From Rhodoluna sp. (GTDB lineage: Bacteria; Actinomycetota; Actinomycetes; Actinomycetales; Microbacteriaceae), in NCBI GenBank assembly GCA_021741705.1, contig JAIOXP010000002.1, positions 7,499 through 71,498 of the forward strand: 64,000 nt of DNA, given 5' to 3'. This document shows, piece by piece, positions 54,464 to 63,966 of this stretch; within the stretch, counting starts at the first letter, position 1; each line of letters begins with the position of its first letter. The position numbers and the translations under genes were made by a program. The notes beneath the pieces were generated by a model, which was given only the letters and a program-made list of their open reading frames with translations, did not search any database and was not told the origin of the DNA.

Positions 54464-54565
54464 AAATGTCTGACCATCTGACTAATATTGAGGGTATAAG
54501 AACAAATACTTGACTGGATTGACTACGGATCAGAAGGTTGGGGGTTCGAGTCCCTCCAAGCGCAC
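54464..54565 (+). repeat. 102-bp att-like element, copy B (arm + 3' half of tRNA-Arg)
   Basis: 54520-54568 is identical to 52996-53044 (49 bp). The whole element aligns without gaps to 55529-55630 with 9 mismatches by hand count. Confidence 0.95.
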
Positions 54566-54566
54566 T

Positions 54567-55133
54567 TTACTCCTGAATTATATGTTTAGGCTCACCCTGG
54601 ATCTCAAAGTATCCAATTCTGCCCTTGTCCCTCCCAATAGAGAAGTCAACAAAGTATGAACCGTCATCTCTCCTCGAAATTACGGTCACTTTCCCTAAAC
54701 CATCTTCCCCACCATCCCCATAGAGAACTGTGCCTTCATAGTAGTTTTGATTTGGTGCGGAGCCCAGATTGCGCTCCAGTCCTTCAACACAGAAGTCAAT
54801 TACCTCATTCAAGTCACTAGGCGGAGCTATTTCCGAAGCTCCCTCTGCTGAGTAGGCATCGAGTTCTAACTGGCTTTGAAACTCAATCACGGACGCACAA
54901 ACATCCCTTGCATTTATTGATGACCCTGCAAAGAAATAGACACTATAAAGGGGTTGTTGGCAAGGAATACCGTAGGAGGCACCACAGTTTGGCGCCAGTT
55001 CCTCTGAAAAGAGCTGTAAATGTTCAAAGTTTTTCTGCTGAATCTTTATAGCCATAGGTTCAATTTGAGGCGAGCAGCCCGTAGTGGCTGAAATCGCAAC
55101 AACACAAAGGGCTAACAGGACTGATCTTTTCAT
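54567..55133 (-). CDS. Hypothetical lipoprotein
   Basis: MKRSVLLALCVVAISATTGC signal and lipobox; several Cys; stop abuts repeat B. Confidence 0.7.
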   Translation of the reverse strand: MKRSVLLALCVVAISATTGCSPQIEPMAIKIQQKNFEHLQLFSEELAPNCGASYGIPCQQPLYSVYFFAGSSINARDVCASVIEFQSQLELDAYSAEGASEIAPPSDLNEVIDFCVEGLERNLGSAPNQNYYEGTVLYGDGGEDGLGKVTVISRRDDGSYFVDFSIGRDKGRIGYFEIQGEPKHIIQE

Positions 55134-55182
55134 CGACTCGCTAACTCTCCGATGTGCTTTAGGTTGGCCCACCAATTCAAGT

Positions 55183-55440
55183 TCATGACCTTGGATTCGT
55201 TTTTCTGTATAGATGCCTGGCAAAAGAGATAATCGCAAGGCACACGGCTGCGACTGCTGCAAATATCCAAGCCAATCCCTCACTCATGTGTGACCAATTT
55301 GTGAGGTGAAGCCAAATATTGATTACAGAGAATGCTACAAGACCACCATAAATTGCATAAGTTAGAAACAGGGACCATTTTCTTCGAATGAACGGAAGAG
55401 ATAAAGGGGGTAGGAGCAGCAGAAGTAATAAAACATCCAT
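55183..55440 (-). CDS. Small 3-TM hypothetical membrane protein
   Basis: Hydrophobic helices; SD TAAGGAG upstream. Confidence 0.6.
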   Translation of the reverse strand: MDVLLLLLLLPPLSLPFIRRKWSLFLTYAIYGGLVAFSVINIWLHLTNWSHMSEGLAWIFAAVAAVCLAIISFARHLYRKTNPRS

Positions 55441-55528
55441 TTACACATCTCCTTAGAAGCAAAATCGATTCAGTAGGTCAGGTTAAATACCTTCCTATTT
55501 AAGTAGATAATACGTTTAATTATTTAGG

Positions 55529-55630
55529 AAATGTCTGATCTCCTGACTAATATTGAGGGCATAGAAACTAAGACTTGACTGGATTTACTACGGATCAGAA
55601 GGTTGGGGGTTCGAGTCCCTCCAAGCGCAC
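55529..55630 (+). repeat. 102-bp att-like element, copy C (arm + 3' half of tRNA-Arg)
   Basis: 55587-55630 is identical to 52998-53041 (44 bp); the upstream arm is homologous to copy B. Confidence 0.95.
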
Positions 55631-56069
55631 CTCCACCCACGATATATTAACAAACTTCGTGGGCTCCTCTGTTTCCGCTAGTTTCCGTCCAAGCCAGCTT
55701 AGGTACCTCAGTAAAAAAATTAGAATATCTTCGAACTTGAGCCCCGAGAGTATGACAAGTTTACTAAGTAACCAAATTGCCGCGTGGAATTCATTTCACT
55801 ACACAGAGTGAGACTGCCTTTAGGCAACAACATTTTTGTGGTAATTGGAAATAACGTCGGAGGAGTTAAAAAACACTTGAATTCCTGAGAAACCAAGGGT
55901 CCTGAACAAGAATCGACTCTACAGAAATTGTAATGAGTTTCAGAAGACTCGACCTGCAACTTCCCAAATTGGCAAATCATGTATCCGATTCAAAGTAAAC
56001 ACAGAATCCTAATGTTTGATGAATAGAATTTGTCAATAGCTCACTAGCTGAAGTGATTAGAGTAGGACG

Positions 56070-57602
56070 ATGAAAGTTATTGTTCCAAGTTTTGGGTCAG
56101 GCCGTTATCAAGTTGCGGCTATGAACGCTCGAAAGATTTCGCAACTGCAGATGTCTGTTAATGGTTTTGAATCAACATCCATGCCAAGCAGTACATACAA
56201 GGCTGACGCTTTCTTACATAAATTTGAGATCTGGAAGCAAGCTCTTGTGGGCAATAATGAAGAAATCTTTGTGCATCTTGATGCAGATGCTTCGTTTACG
56301 GGTAGTTTTTCCTCTGAAATATTGGAGCGCGACCTGGGTCAACGCTCAATAGGTATGGTCGAGCAGCCGCAAATTCTTGGGAGCAATCCACGAAGTCGAA
56401 GAGATTTGTATGAGCACTACCTAAAGGTCGCTCATGCAGCTGTTTCTCCGTTGTCACAGAAACCAAATTTTCAGAGCTTTAGGTTCTTCAACACAGGCTT
56501 TGTGGTGTTTAGAAGACGAGCATTAGAAAACTTTCTATCTTGGGTAGAAGAAAAAATCCCATCAGTACCTCGAGAAATTGATGGGCGCATGGTTGCAGAT
56601 CAGGACCTGATGCAGGTTTACGCAAATGAAGTAGCTCCCGATGAAGTTATGCAGCTGGATTGGAGTTGGAATCACTGCGAATGGTGGGACGAGAGCTTTC
56701 CTAATCCTCACGCCAAGGTCATCCACATGTCGAATTTCTGCAACGGACCTTTAGCCTCGCAGATGAATCGAAGAGCAGTTCTTTGCCGAGCTACCCAGGG
56801 AAGGAGCTTTGGAAATTTGACCGTAGTACTTGTTATTCACAACTCGAGTGCTGTGATTAACGAGTGCTTAGGTGCTCTTTTAGAAATTCCTGACCTTCAG
56901 ATTCTCCTCGTCGACAATGCATCTACAGAAGCTCTGGACTTACCAAAAAGCGAGCGCATAAGACTTATTCGGAACACCAAAAACCTGGGTTTCTCAAAAG
57001 CGGTGAATCTAGGAATTGATGAGGTTTGCACAAGATACATCTGTCTCTTGAATCCGGATGCTTTTCTGACATACGAGGCAGCCGAAGAAGCAATAATCCA
57101 GCTTGAGCTAGATGCAAACCAGCTTTTGGCTCCTGACTTTTATGATGCTTCTGGAAACCTAACCCAAGCATTGCGAAACGGACAACCGCTACACCAGCTA
57201 ATTAAAGACATTATTCCGGAAAGTCACAAACTTCGCAGGAAAATGTTGTTAACCCTTATCCCCGACAGGTTCGGGGAGGATTTCAAGTGGCTTATTGGAG
57301 CATGTGTTTTCTCAACAAAGGATTTCCTGCTTGGGATAGGTGGATTAGATGAAAGCTACTTTCTCTACATGGAGGATGTCGAGCTAGGAAAAGCTGCGTC
57401 AGCTAAAGGCAAAGTGAGCAGCATTGACTCCGCAATTGAACATCTAGGTTCTATGAGCACAGATAGAGCCCCAAATTTCAAATCGCAAGAACTTGCTGGA
57501 GCAAGACTTAAGTTTCTTAGACGACACTTTGGCATTTATCCATGGCTTTTTACATTGCTGGTGTCGGGTTATCTGTTTAGAACAAAGATAAAAAGAGGTT
57601 AG
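56070..57602 (+). CDS. Two-domain glycosyltransferase (GT8-like/GT-A + GT2)
   Basis: N-half HLDAD, FNTG, ADQD, WN, IH; C-half VDNAS, NLGFSKAVN, LLNPD, YFLYMEDV. Confidence 0.82.
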   Translation: MKVIVPSFGSGRYQVAAMNARKISQLQMSVNGFESTSMPSSTYKADAFLHKFEIWKQALVGNNEEIFVHLDADASFTGSFSSEILERDLGQRSIGMVEQPQILGSNPRSRRDLYEHYLKVAHAAVSPLSQKPNFQSFRFFNTGFVVFRRRALENFLSWVEEKIPSVPREIDGRMVADQDLMQVYANEVAPDEVMQLDWSWNHCEWWDESFPNPHAKVIHMSNFCNGPLASQMNRRAVLCRATQGRSFGNLTVVLVIHNSSAVINECLGALLEIPDLQILLVDNASTEALDLPKSERIRLIRNTKNLGFSKAVNLGIDEVCTRYICLLNPDAFLTYEAAEEAIIQLELDANQLLAPDFYDASGNLTQALRNGQPLHQLIKDIIPESHKLRRKMLLTLIPDRFGEDFKWLIGACVFSTKDFLLGIGGLDESYFLYMEDVELGKAASAKGKVSSIDSAIEHLGSMSTDRAPNFKSQELAGARLKFLRRHFGIYPWLFTLLVSGYLFRTKIKRG

Positions 57603-57606
57603 ATCC

Positions 57607-58473
57607 GTGCTCTATTACTTTCTACCTCAACCGACAATTCATGGAGGAATCAAGGTGGGATTCCAATTCGCATCGATCCTTGGAAAAATTGGAGCCGAGG
57701 TGGTGATGGTGACACCAAATGGTGCTGCTCCAAATTGGTTTCCAAGCAACCTAACGGTACTAAGACGTGAACGAGTCCTTCCCACTTTGTCAAAAACAGA
57801 TAAAGTACTTTTCTCTCACCCCCGCGACTACAGGGACCTAGAGAAAACAGGTGCCAAATTGATTCTTCACTGTCAGGGAACCGATGAAAGTATCCTACCG
57901 ATTCTTGAAGACAAGAAGGTCGGTCTTCTGGCTTGTTGGGAGCAGGCAGAAGTTTTCTTTCAAGAGCATTCGCGGCAAGGAGAGAATGTCGGTATTTCAA
58001 TTTCGGAAGTTTTCTTCTATAACGGTCAATTAAAAAAGCCCGGGAGTTACTCCATAATGCCTAGGCGTGGGACTCTACACCACGAGGAAAAGCTGGATCG
58101 CTTTGAAAAAAGAGTAATTGACAATTGCACTGAGAAAGAAACTGGAGAAATACTCAAATCCGTGAGTGGCTTTATTGCGCTAGTTGAGAATGAGGGCTTT
58201 GGCCTTCCAGCCCTAGAAGCGATGGCAGCTGGTTGTCTAGTTGTTAGCCCGAGAACAATCGGCGGCCGAGAATATCTCATGCATGGTAGCAACTGTCTAG
58301 TTTCGGAAGTCCAAGACCTAAGCGGGACAATGGCAGAACTCCTCAGCTCGGAATCAAAGCACGAAGAATTAAGACTCGCAGCCCTTAGAACGGCATCTGC
58401 CTATCACCCAAGATCTCAGTTGGGTCACTTGAGAAGAAAACTAAAGTCAGGGGGCTTAAAGTGGCTTCTCTAA
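57607..58473 (+). CDS. GT4-like glycosyltransferase
   Basis: HGGIKV, EGFGLPALEAMAAGC. Confidence 0.85.
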   Translation: MLYYFLPQPTIHGGIKVGFQFASILGKIGAEVVMVTPNGAAPNWFPSNLTVLRRERVLPTLSKTDKVLFSHPRDYRDLEKTGAKLILHCQGTDESILPILEDKKVGLLACWEQAEVFFQEHSRQGENVGISISEVFFYNGQLKKPGSYSIMPRRGTLHHEEKLDRFEKRVIDNCTEKETGEILKSVSGFIALVENEGFGLPALEAMAAGCLVVSPRTIGGREYLMHGSNCLVSEVQDLSGTMAELLSSESKHEELRLAALRTASAYHPRSQLGHLRRKLKSGGLKWLL

Positions 58474-59222
58474 AAATTGGCATTGTGATGCTGGCAAGGG
58501 ACATGCATTCAATGACACAAACATCCGTCACTGCTCTGGAGAAAGCCCTATCCTATGCGGGTTTACTGAAATATTCGAAGTTAGTGCTTGTTGATAATTC
58601 GTCTCTCAAACCTTATCGGCCCGAACATCTGAATACTAATCTTTCGCTCAGAATCGTTCGGCTCGACAGGAGCCATTCGTTTTCAGCCGCCTCAAATTGG
58701 GGAGCATCCAAACTAAGCGATTCAGATATGTTGCTTTTCTTGAACAACGATGTCTTTCTCAACCCCAGAGCGTTAGAGGCGATGATCCATGATAAAAAGG
58801 AGCTTAACGCGGAAGTTTGTGGATTAAGGCTTGTTTACCCGAATGGAAACATTCAACACATGGGTGTTGGATTTGCCCCAAGCACGACAATCCCTCATCA
58901 TTTGAATCATTACGAACCCTCCAGTCTTCATGCTCGAGTAAGCGGATATTGCCAATCCATCACGGGCGCAGTAATGCTAATTGATTCAGAGTTATTCTTG
59001 GACCTCGAAGGGTTTGATGAAATGTTCTCCTTTTGCTACGAAGATACCGACCTGTGTCTTCGAGCAGGGGCTATAGGCAAGAGAGTAATTTGCTCCCAGA
59101 CAGTGGACTCCATCCATCTTGAAGGACAGACCAGGGACGAAAAATCCATGAGATATCAAAACCTGTCAGCCGAGATATTCTTCGCTAGGTGGGGCGGTCG
59201 CGTTTCATCTCTGAGAGCTTGA
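58461..59222 (+). CDS. GT2 glycosyltransferase
   Basis: VDNSS, FSAASN, LFLNND, IQHMG, TGAVM, EDTDLCLR. Confidence 0.87.
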   Translation: MASLKIGIVMLARDMHSMTQTSVTALEKALSYAGLLKYSKLVLVDNSSLKPYRPEHLNTNLSLRIVRLDRSHSFSAASNWGASKLSDSDMLLFLNNDVFLNPRALEAMIHDKKELNAEVCGLRLVYPNGNIQHMGVGFAPSTTIPHHLNHYEPSSLHARVSGYCQSITGAVMLIDSELFLDLEGFDEMFSFCYEDTDLCLRAGAIGKRVICSQTVDSIHLEGQTRDEKSMRYQNLSAEIFFARWGGRVSSLRA

Positions 59223-59232
59223 AAGGAAAAGA

Positions 59233-60207
59233 ATGAACTCCATTGAAAAATTGACGCTCCTGGTTCATACTCATGATTCAATCGATCGCATTCAACCCTT
59301 GATTGAAACAACGGATTGGATCCCTAATCGGATTGCGATTGATATGCAAAGTAAAGACGGCACGGCAGAGACACTAGCTGAAGCGGGCTTTGAGGTCATT
59401 GCCATTGAACCCCAGATCTTCTCCGATGAGTTGAGAAACTCTTATCTTTCATTACCTAAAACACCTTGGACTCTAGTTTTGGATAGCGACGAGTACTTAG
59501 CGGATGATGCTAGCGAGCAAATCAGCCAGCTTATTGACGCAGCTGATGCAGGTGTAGTGGGTTTTCGGATACCTCGTCACAACTACATTATGGGAAGAAA
59601 GTTCACCGGCTCTGGATGGTACCCCGATCATCAGCTGAGGCTATTTAAATCCAATCAGGTGCACTATCAAAAAGGGCATCATTTACCACCACTTCCAAAG
59701 AACTCAAATGAAAATGTAGTTGTCTTGGAGGCCCCTAGTTGTCTTCACATCCACCACAATAACTACTCCACGATTGCCGAAATGCTTTCTCGGCAACTTC
59801 ACTACACCACTACAGATATATACGACTCAGCCCCAGACTCATTTGATTTTGATGATTACATGCTTTCGGCCATCAGAGAATTCAACAAGAGAAATGACTT
59901 TCAAGACGATGGTCAATTTTCATATGTCGCCGGAATGGTCATGTACTGGAATGAGATAAATCGAGGACTCATTCACTGGGAAAAAACCGGATATCAAGGT
60001 CGTCTAACAACTCATCTACCAAACCAAGTTTTTCTGTCAAATGAATTCGACACATTGAGACGTGAAATTGACCGCCTAAACAACAGAGACCGTGTAGACC
60101 TAGAGACAGTCCATAACGAGTATCGAAAGTCAAACTCATGGAAACTTACTGCACCATTTAGACGATTAAGCAAGATGATTACTGATATGCGCGGAAACAT
60201 GAATTGA
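59233..60207 (+). CDS. GT2 glycosyltransferase (beta-1,4-glucosyltransferase-like) with C-terminal coiled coil
   Basis: D..S.DGT, VLDSDE, GWYPDHQLRLF, C-terminal SWKLTAPFR. Confidence 0.82.
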   Translation: MNSIEKLTLLVHTHDSIDRIQPLIETTDWIPNRIAIDMQSKDGTAETLAEAGFEVIAIEPQIFSDELRNSYLSLPKTPWTLVLDSDEYLADDASEQISQLIDAADAGVVGFRIPRHNYIMGRKFTGSGWYPDHQLRLFKSNQVHYQKGHHLPPLPKNSNENVVVLEAPSCLHIHHNNYSTIAEMLSRQLHYTTTDIYDSAPDSFDFDDYMLSAIREFNKRNDFQDDGQFSYVAGMVMYWNEINRGLIHWEKTGYQGRLTTHLPNQVFLSNEFDTLRREIDRLNNRDRVDLETVHNEYRKSNSWKLTAPFRRLSKMITDMRGNMN

Positions 60208-61232
60208 AAGCTGCCATTGTTCAGGAAACTTCAATCGATCCTGAAAGAGATGCGGGCGCCCGTGCCATCAAAGATTTGGCTGACTCATTTACGAGAATTG
60301 GGTTTGAAACGATTCTCTTAGTAGACAACCCGAACCTAGAAGATGCGCTAACTAAATTCAGTGCCGACGTGATTATTGTCAGCCAACCAAGCACAATGAT
60401 TCGGGCTCGGAATTTTAGAACTGACTTTAATGTACCTGTGGTGTATTGGGCTCAAGACCTCCACGCAAAGCGCATGAGTTTAGGAGAGGGTGTTGAAGGA
60501 GCATCGGCCAGCGGTTCATTGGCGATGAGCTTGAAAGAGCAGCTGGCAATTTCATCGGCAGATTTGGCAGTGTTTCCAACAAAAGAGGATTCAGACGCTG
60601 CCCGCAGGAAATACTCTGTCTCGAATCTAGAACAGCATCAATACTTCTCTATTGGATCTTCACTGCCTATCCATGAACCAAAAAGGGAAGACACTTTGGT
60701 CTTTATAGGCGGCCCAGCGCACCTCCCTAACTTGGATGGACTTAGGTGGTTTTTGAAAGATTGCTGGCCGCTAATTCAGGATAAGGAGAAGTCGGTAAAG
60801 CTCCAAATCATCGGATCATGGCAAGATTCTGAGATTTATAAACAATTCCACGACGGTGTAGCGTTTACTGGTCAGTTAGCCGAGGATGAAGTCAGGGACG
60901 TTATGAGAAATAGTTTAATTGGAATTTCACCACTGAGGTTTGGTGCTGGTATGAAGCGAAAAACACTCCAGTATCTCGAATACGGCCTGGCGCTGCTCTC
61001 TACGGATTTTGGCTTGCAAGGATTACCTAGAAGTCAAGACAATAAATCGTGGTTAAGAGCAAACACCAAGATTGATTTCGTTGATGCCACCATCCGACTA
61101 ATTCAAAAACCCGAAACAACGAAAGAAATGGCAAAATCAGGTAACGAATTTGTGAAAAAGTCCTTCTCGGAGGAAGCTTTTGATTTGGGATTAGAGCGAA
61201 TACTCACCAAAGTGAACGTTCTAAGACCTTAG
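60204..61232 (+). CDS. GT4-like glycosyltransferase
   Basis: RDAG, FIGG..H.PN.DG..WF, PLRFGAGMK.K. Confidence 0.85.
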   Translation: MKAAIVQETSIDPERDAGARAIKDLADSFTRIGFETILLVDNPNLEDALTKFSADVIIVSQPSTMIRARNFRTDFNVPVVYWAQDLHAKRMSLGEGVEGASASGSLAMSLKEQLAISSADLAVFPTKEDSDAARRKYSVSNLEQHQYFSIGSSLPIHEPKREDTLVFIGGPAHLPNLDGLRWFLKDCWPLIQDKEKSVKLQIIGSWQDSEIYKQFHDGVAFTGQLAEDEVRDVMRNSLIGISPLRFGAGMKRKTLQYLEYGLALLSTDFGLQGLPRSQDNKSWLRANTKIDFVDATIRLIQKPETTKEMAKSGNEFVKKSFSEEAFDLGLERILTKVNVLRP

Positions 61233-61680
61233 GTTCTTAGCCCAAATAATGTTTTTGCTGAGTTTCGACGGACCTTTTGAGTGTTTGGTCGATAGGCGGT
61301 AAATCCCTGAGGCTTTCGAACGCGCTATAAATTTTGACTAGCTCCAGAAATGTCAGTTCACCCATGAAATCAATACTCGGTACACCAAATACGACACGCT
61401 GTGACCGTTGAGCGTGACCACGTCCTGTCTAGTAACTCATGGAAGATAAATAAGGGTCTAAGCAAGGTAATCCATGTTCAGAGGTTCCTAAAAGCAAAGA
61501 TTTAGATCAGGAAAGCTTGAATATAGAAGTTGTTCTTTAGAAAAGCCCTTTATCCACCAATCTGCAGCACAGCCGAAATTCTGGAACCACCTCGATTAGC
61601 AAAACACAAGGCGGGAACACCGGAGATTAAGCAAACCAAAGCCTTTGGCAAATGCATAGGTCGGTGTAGCTGGTCTTTCA

Positions 61681-61724
61681 GTTTACCTTTCATTAACCTT
61701 TGTTATTCCTGCCATTAACTTTGC
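61681..61724 (+). promoter_or_regulatory. PHO box (11-bp direct-repeat units) upstream of pstC
   Basis: GTTTACC 61681, ATTAACC 61692, (TTATTCC 61703), ATTAACT 61714 at exact 11-bp spacing; TAGTTT -10 element 6 nt before GTG. Confidence 0.7.
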
Positions 61725-61741
61725 CTAGGTAGTTTTGGGCT

Positions 61742-62785
61742 GTGAAAACCGTGTCTACTTTGCCAAAAGCGGAAGGTAAAGGGTCCTCTAACCCTTCATT
61801 ACTGAACTCCGCTACGGACAGTCCTCGCGACATAAGTCATGTTTATGACAATGCAGATCAGTTGTTTAGAGTCATTCTTAGGGCTGGCGGAGTTGCGGTT
61901 TTGGCAATCATGGCACTTGTGGGCTTTTTCCTTGGCTTACGAGCCTTTCAGGCATTGTCACTTTCAGGCTTTAAGTTTTTTACAACGCAAGCCTGGGAAC
62001 CTGACTCAGGAAACTTTGGCATTGTCGCAATTCTTTTCGGCACTGTTGTTATTGCTGTAATTGCAGTGCTTGTGGCTGTTCCCCTATCACTTGCTACCTC
62101 TCTATATATCTCGGAGTACGCACCCCCTGGTCTTGCCCGGGGTTTAGTAACCCTTGTCGACCTAATGGCGGCAATTCCTTCGGTTGTGTTTGGACTTTGG
62201 GGCGTCTTCTTTCTCCAACCCCAACTAACTCCAATATCAAAATGGATCTCGCAAAATTTCAGCTGGATACCTATTTTTTCTGTTGATGGATCAGACCCGA
62301 ACGACCCACTCACGTCAAATACAGTCTTTACTTCTTCAAGTTTTATAGCGGGTGTGGTCGTGGGCCTAATGATTACTCCCGTGGTTACTTCCGTTATGAG
62401 GGAAGTTTTTTCTCAGGCACCAATAGGTGAAAGAGAAGCAGCTCTGGGTCTTGGGGCCACACGCTGGGGAATGATAAGAAATGTAGTTTTGCCGTTCGGG
62501 AAGGGCGGAATAATTGGGGCAACAATGCTTGGCCTTGGCAGGGCCCTAGGGGAAACAATTGCGGTTTACATGATTATTTCGCCAGTTTTTGAAATTCAAT
62601 GGCACATCCTTCAAAATGGAGCAATCTCAGTAAGCTCTCTAATTGCGCTTCGGTATGGGGAGGCAACCCAGTTTGGAATGTCAGCCTTAATGGCGGCGGG
62701 ACTTGCCCTTTTCGCTATGACATTAGTTGTGAATTTCGCTGCCGCAACCATCGTTTCTAGATCCAGATCGGGGGCTGCGAGTTGA
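61742..62785 (+). CDS. pstC: Phosphate ABC transporter permease PstC
   Basis: LMAAIPSVVFGLWG, REAALGLGATRW, LGLGRALGETIA. Confidence 0.93.
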   Translation: MKTVSTLPKAEGKGSSNPSLLNSATDSPRDISHVYDNADQLFRVILRAGGVAVLAIMALVGFFLGLRAFQALSLSGFKFFTTQAWEPDSGNFGIVAILFGTVVIAVIAVLVAVPLSLATSLYISEYAPPGLARGLVTLVDLMAAIPSVVFGLWGVFFLQPQLTPISKWISQNFSWIPIFSVDGSDPNDPLTSNTVFTSSSFIAGVVVGLMITPVVTSVMREVFSQAPIGEREAALGLGATRWGMIRNVVLPFGKGGIIGATMLGLGRALGETIAVYMIISPVFEIQWHILQNGAISVSSLIALRYGEATQFGMSALMAAGLALFAMTLVVNFAAATIVSRSRSGAAS

Positions 62786-63966
62786 CCCCTATTAAGAAGA
62801 GCAAGAATGAACCTACTGACTCAAAGGTGAAGGAATCTATTGACGAATTTGAAGAGCGAAGAGCAGTCAAGGGTCTGCGTGTTCGTGATTGGTTGTATTT
62901 TCTAGGAGCCGGTCTCGGAGCGGTTTCGAGCACTGCTTTCTTGTTCGGTCAAATCTTACCTTTTTCAGGGGCAATCCCATTCGTACTTATAAGTTACGTA
63001 TTGTTTCTTGTTTACTTCGCAATCTTGGTTTCTCTCGACGATAATGGCCAGGCAGTGGCTGATCGAATGGTTTCTATCACCGTGAATTCCCTTGCCTTAT
63101 TAGTCTTTGTAACGTTAGTTTTCATTGTTGTTTTCACTGTGGGTCGTGGCAGCACCGCACTCGCTAACTGGAACTTCATTTCTCAAGATATGTCCCTTGC
63201 AGGACCTCTTGATCCCCTTACGGACGGGGGAATTACCCATGCCATTGTTGGATCGTTGACTCAGATAGCAATTGCTCTTGCCGTAACTGTTCCACTAGGG
63301 CTGATAACCGCTGTCTACTTGAATGAGATTCAATCAAAATTGTCGAGATTTGTTCGCACAATTGTTGAGGCAATGACAGCCTTACCTTCGATAGTCGCCG
63401 GGCTATTTATTTATGCAACGGCGATTTTAGTGCTAGGCATTCAGAAGTCCGGGTTGGCAGCCGCATTAGCAATCAGCGTAATGATGCTGCCAATTATGAT
63501 TCGCGCCTCGGATGTGGTCCTTAGGTTAGTCCCATCGACACTTAAGGAAGCATCTCTGGGCCTTGGGGCAAGCAATTTCAAGACTACGATGATGGTCACC
63601 CTTCCAACCGCTAGATCGGGTCTAACAACTGCAATAATCCTGGCAACCGCAAGGGGTGTGGGTGAAACATCCCCAGTGCTCCTAACTTCTGGCTTCACTG
63701 CTGCCTTGAATCTAGACCCACTCCAAGGTCCGATGATTTCCCTCCCACTTGCCATATTTGAATTCGTTAAGTCTCCAGAACCCACGATGATAGCCAGGGG
63801 CTTCGGAACTGCAGCAGTTCTAATGTTGCTTGTCTTGGTCCTCTTCGCCTTAGCCAGGTTGCTAGGAAGTAACGCCAGGCCTTTCCATCAATTGCGAATT
63901 CAGCTAAACAAACTAGTAAGAATAATCAAGACATTCACAGCGACACTCAAGAAGGAAGCAAAATGA
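62782..63966 (+). CDS. pstA: Phosphate ABC transporter permease PstA
   Basis: GGI.HAIVGS, LPSIVAGLF, LKEASLGLGA, ARGVGETSP. Confidence 0.93.
   Translation: MTPIKKSKNEPTDSKVKESIDEFEERRAVKGLRVRDWLYFLGAGLGAVSSTAFLFGQILPFSGAIPFVLISYVLFLVYFAILVSLDDNGQAVADRMVSITVNSLALLVFVTLVFIVVFTVGRGSTALANWNFISQDMSLAGPLDPLTDGGITHAIVGSLTQIAIALAVTVPLGLITAVYLNEIQSKLSRFVRTIVEAMTALPSIVAGLFIYATAILVLGIQKSGLAAALAISVMMLPIMIRASDVVLRLVPSTLKEASLGLGASNFKTTMMVTLPTARSGLTTAIILATARGVGETSPVLLTSGFTAALNLDPLQGPMISLPLAIFEFVKSPEPTMIARGFGTAAVLMLLVLVLFALARLLGSNARPFHQLRIQLNKLVRIIKTFTATLKKEAK

Larger units (their letters stand above)
53041..54565. mobile_element. tRNA-Arg-anchored mini-cassette 1 (DUF2975 + HTH + VOC), no integrase
   Basis: Bounded by intact tRNA-Arg and a direct repeat of its 3' half preceded by a conserved arm. 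Confidence 0.7.
54566..55630. mobile_element. tRNA-Arg-anchored mini-cassette 2 (lipoprotein + small membrane protein), no integrase
   Basis: Flanked by direct repeats B and C. Confidence 0.7.

Noticed and set aside
52996-55630. Three ~44-bp identical repeats as a CRISPR array
   Set aside because: The repeats are tRNA-Arg 3' halves, the intervals are 1-1.5 kb of genes, and no cas genes are present
54520-55630. Repeats B and C as additional functional tRNA-Arg genes
   Set aside because: They lack the 5' acceptor strand and D-arm, and the anticodon stem is disrupted
55575-55980. ORFs 55575-55811 (+) and 55720-55980 (-) as an integrase remnant or genes
   Set aside because: No recombinase motifs; the first merely reads through the tRNA fragment
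61233-61680. Intergenic stretch before pstC as an ncRNA, IS or further att copy
   Set aside because: No tRNA fragment, arm motif, terminal repeats or convincing structure seen by eye
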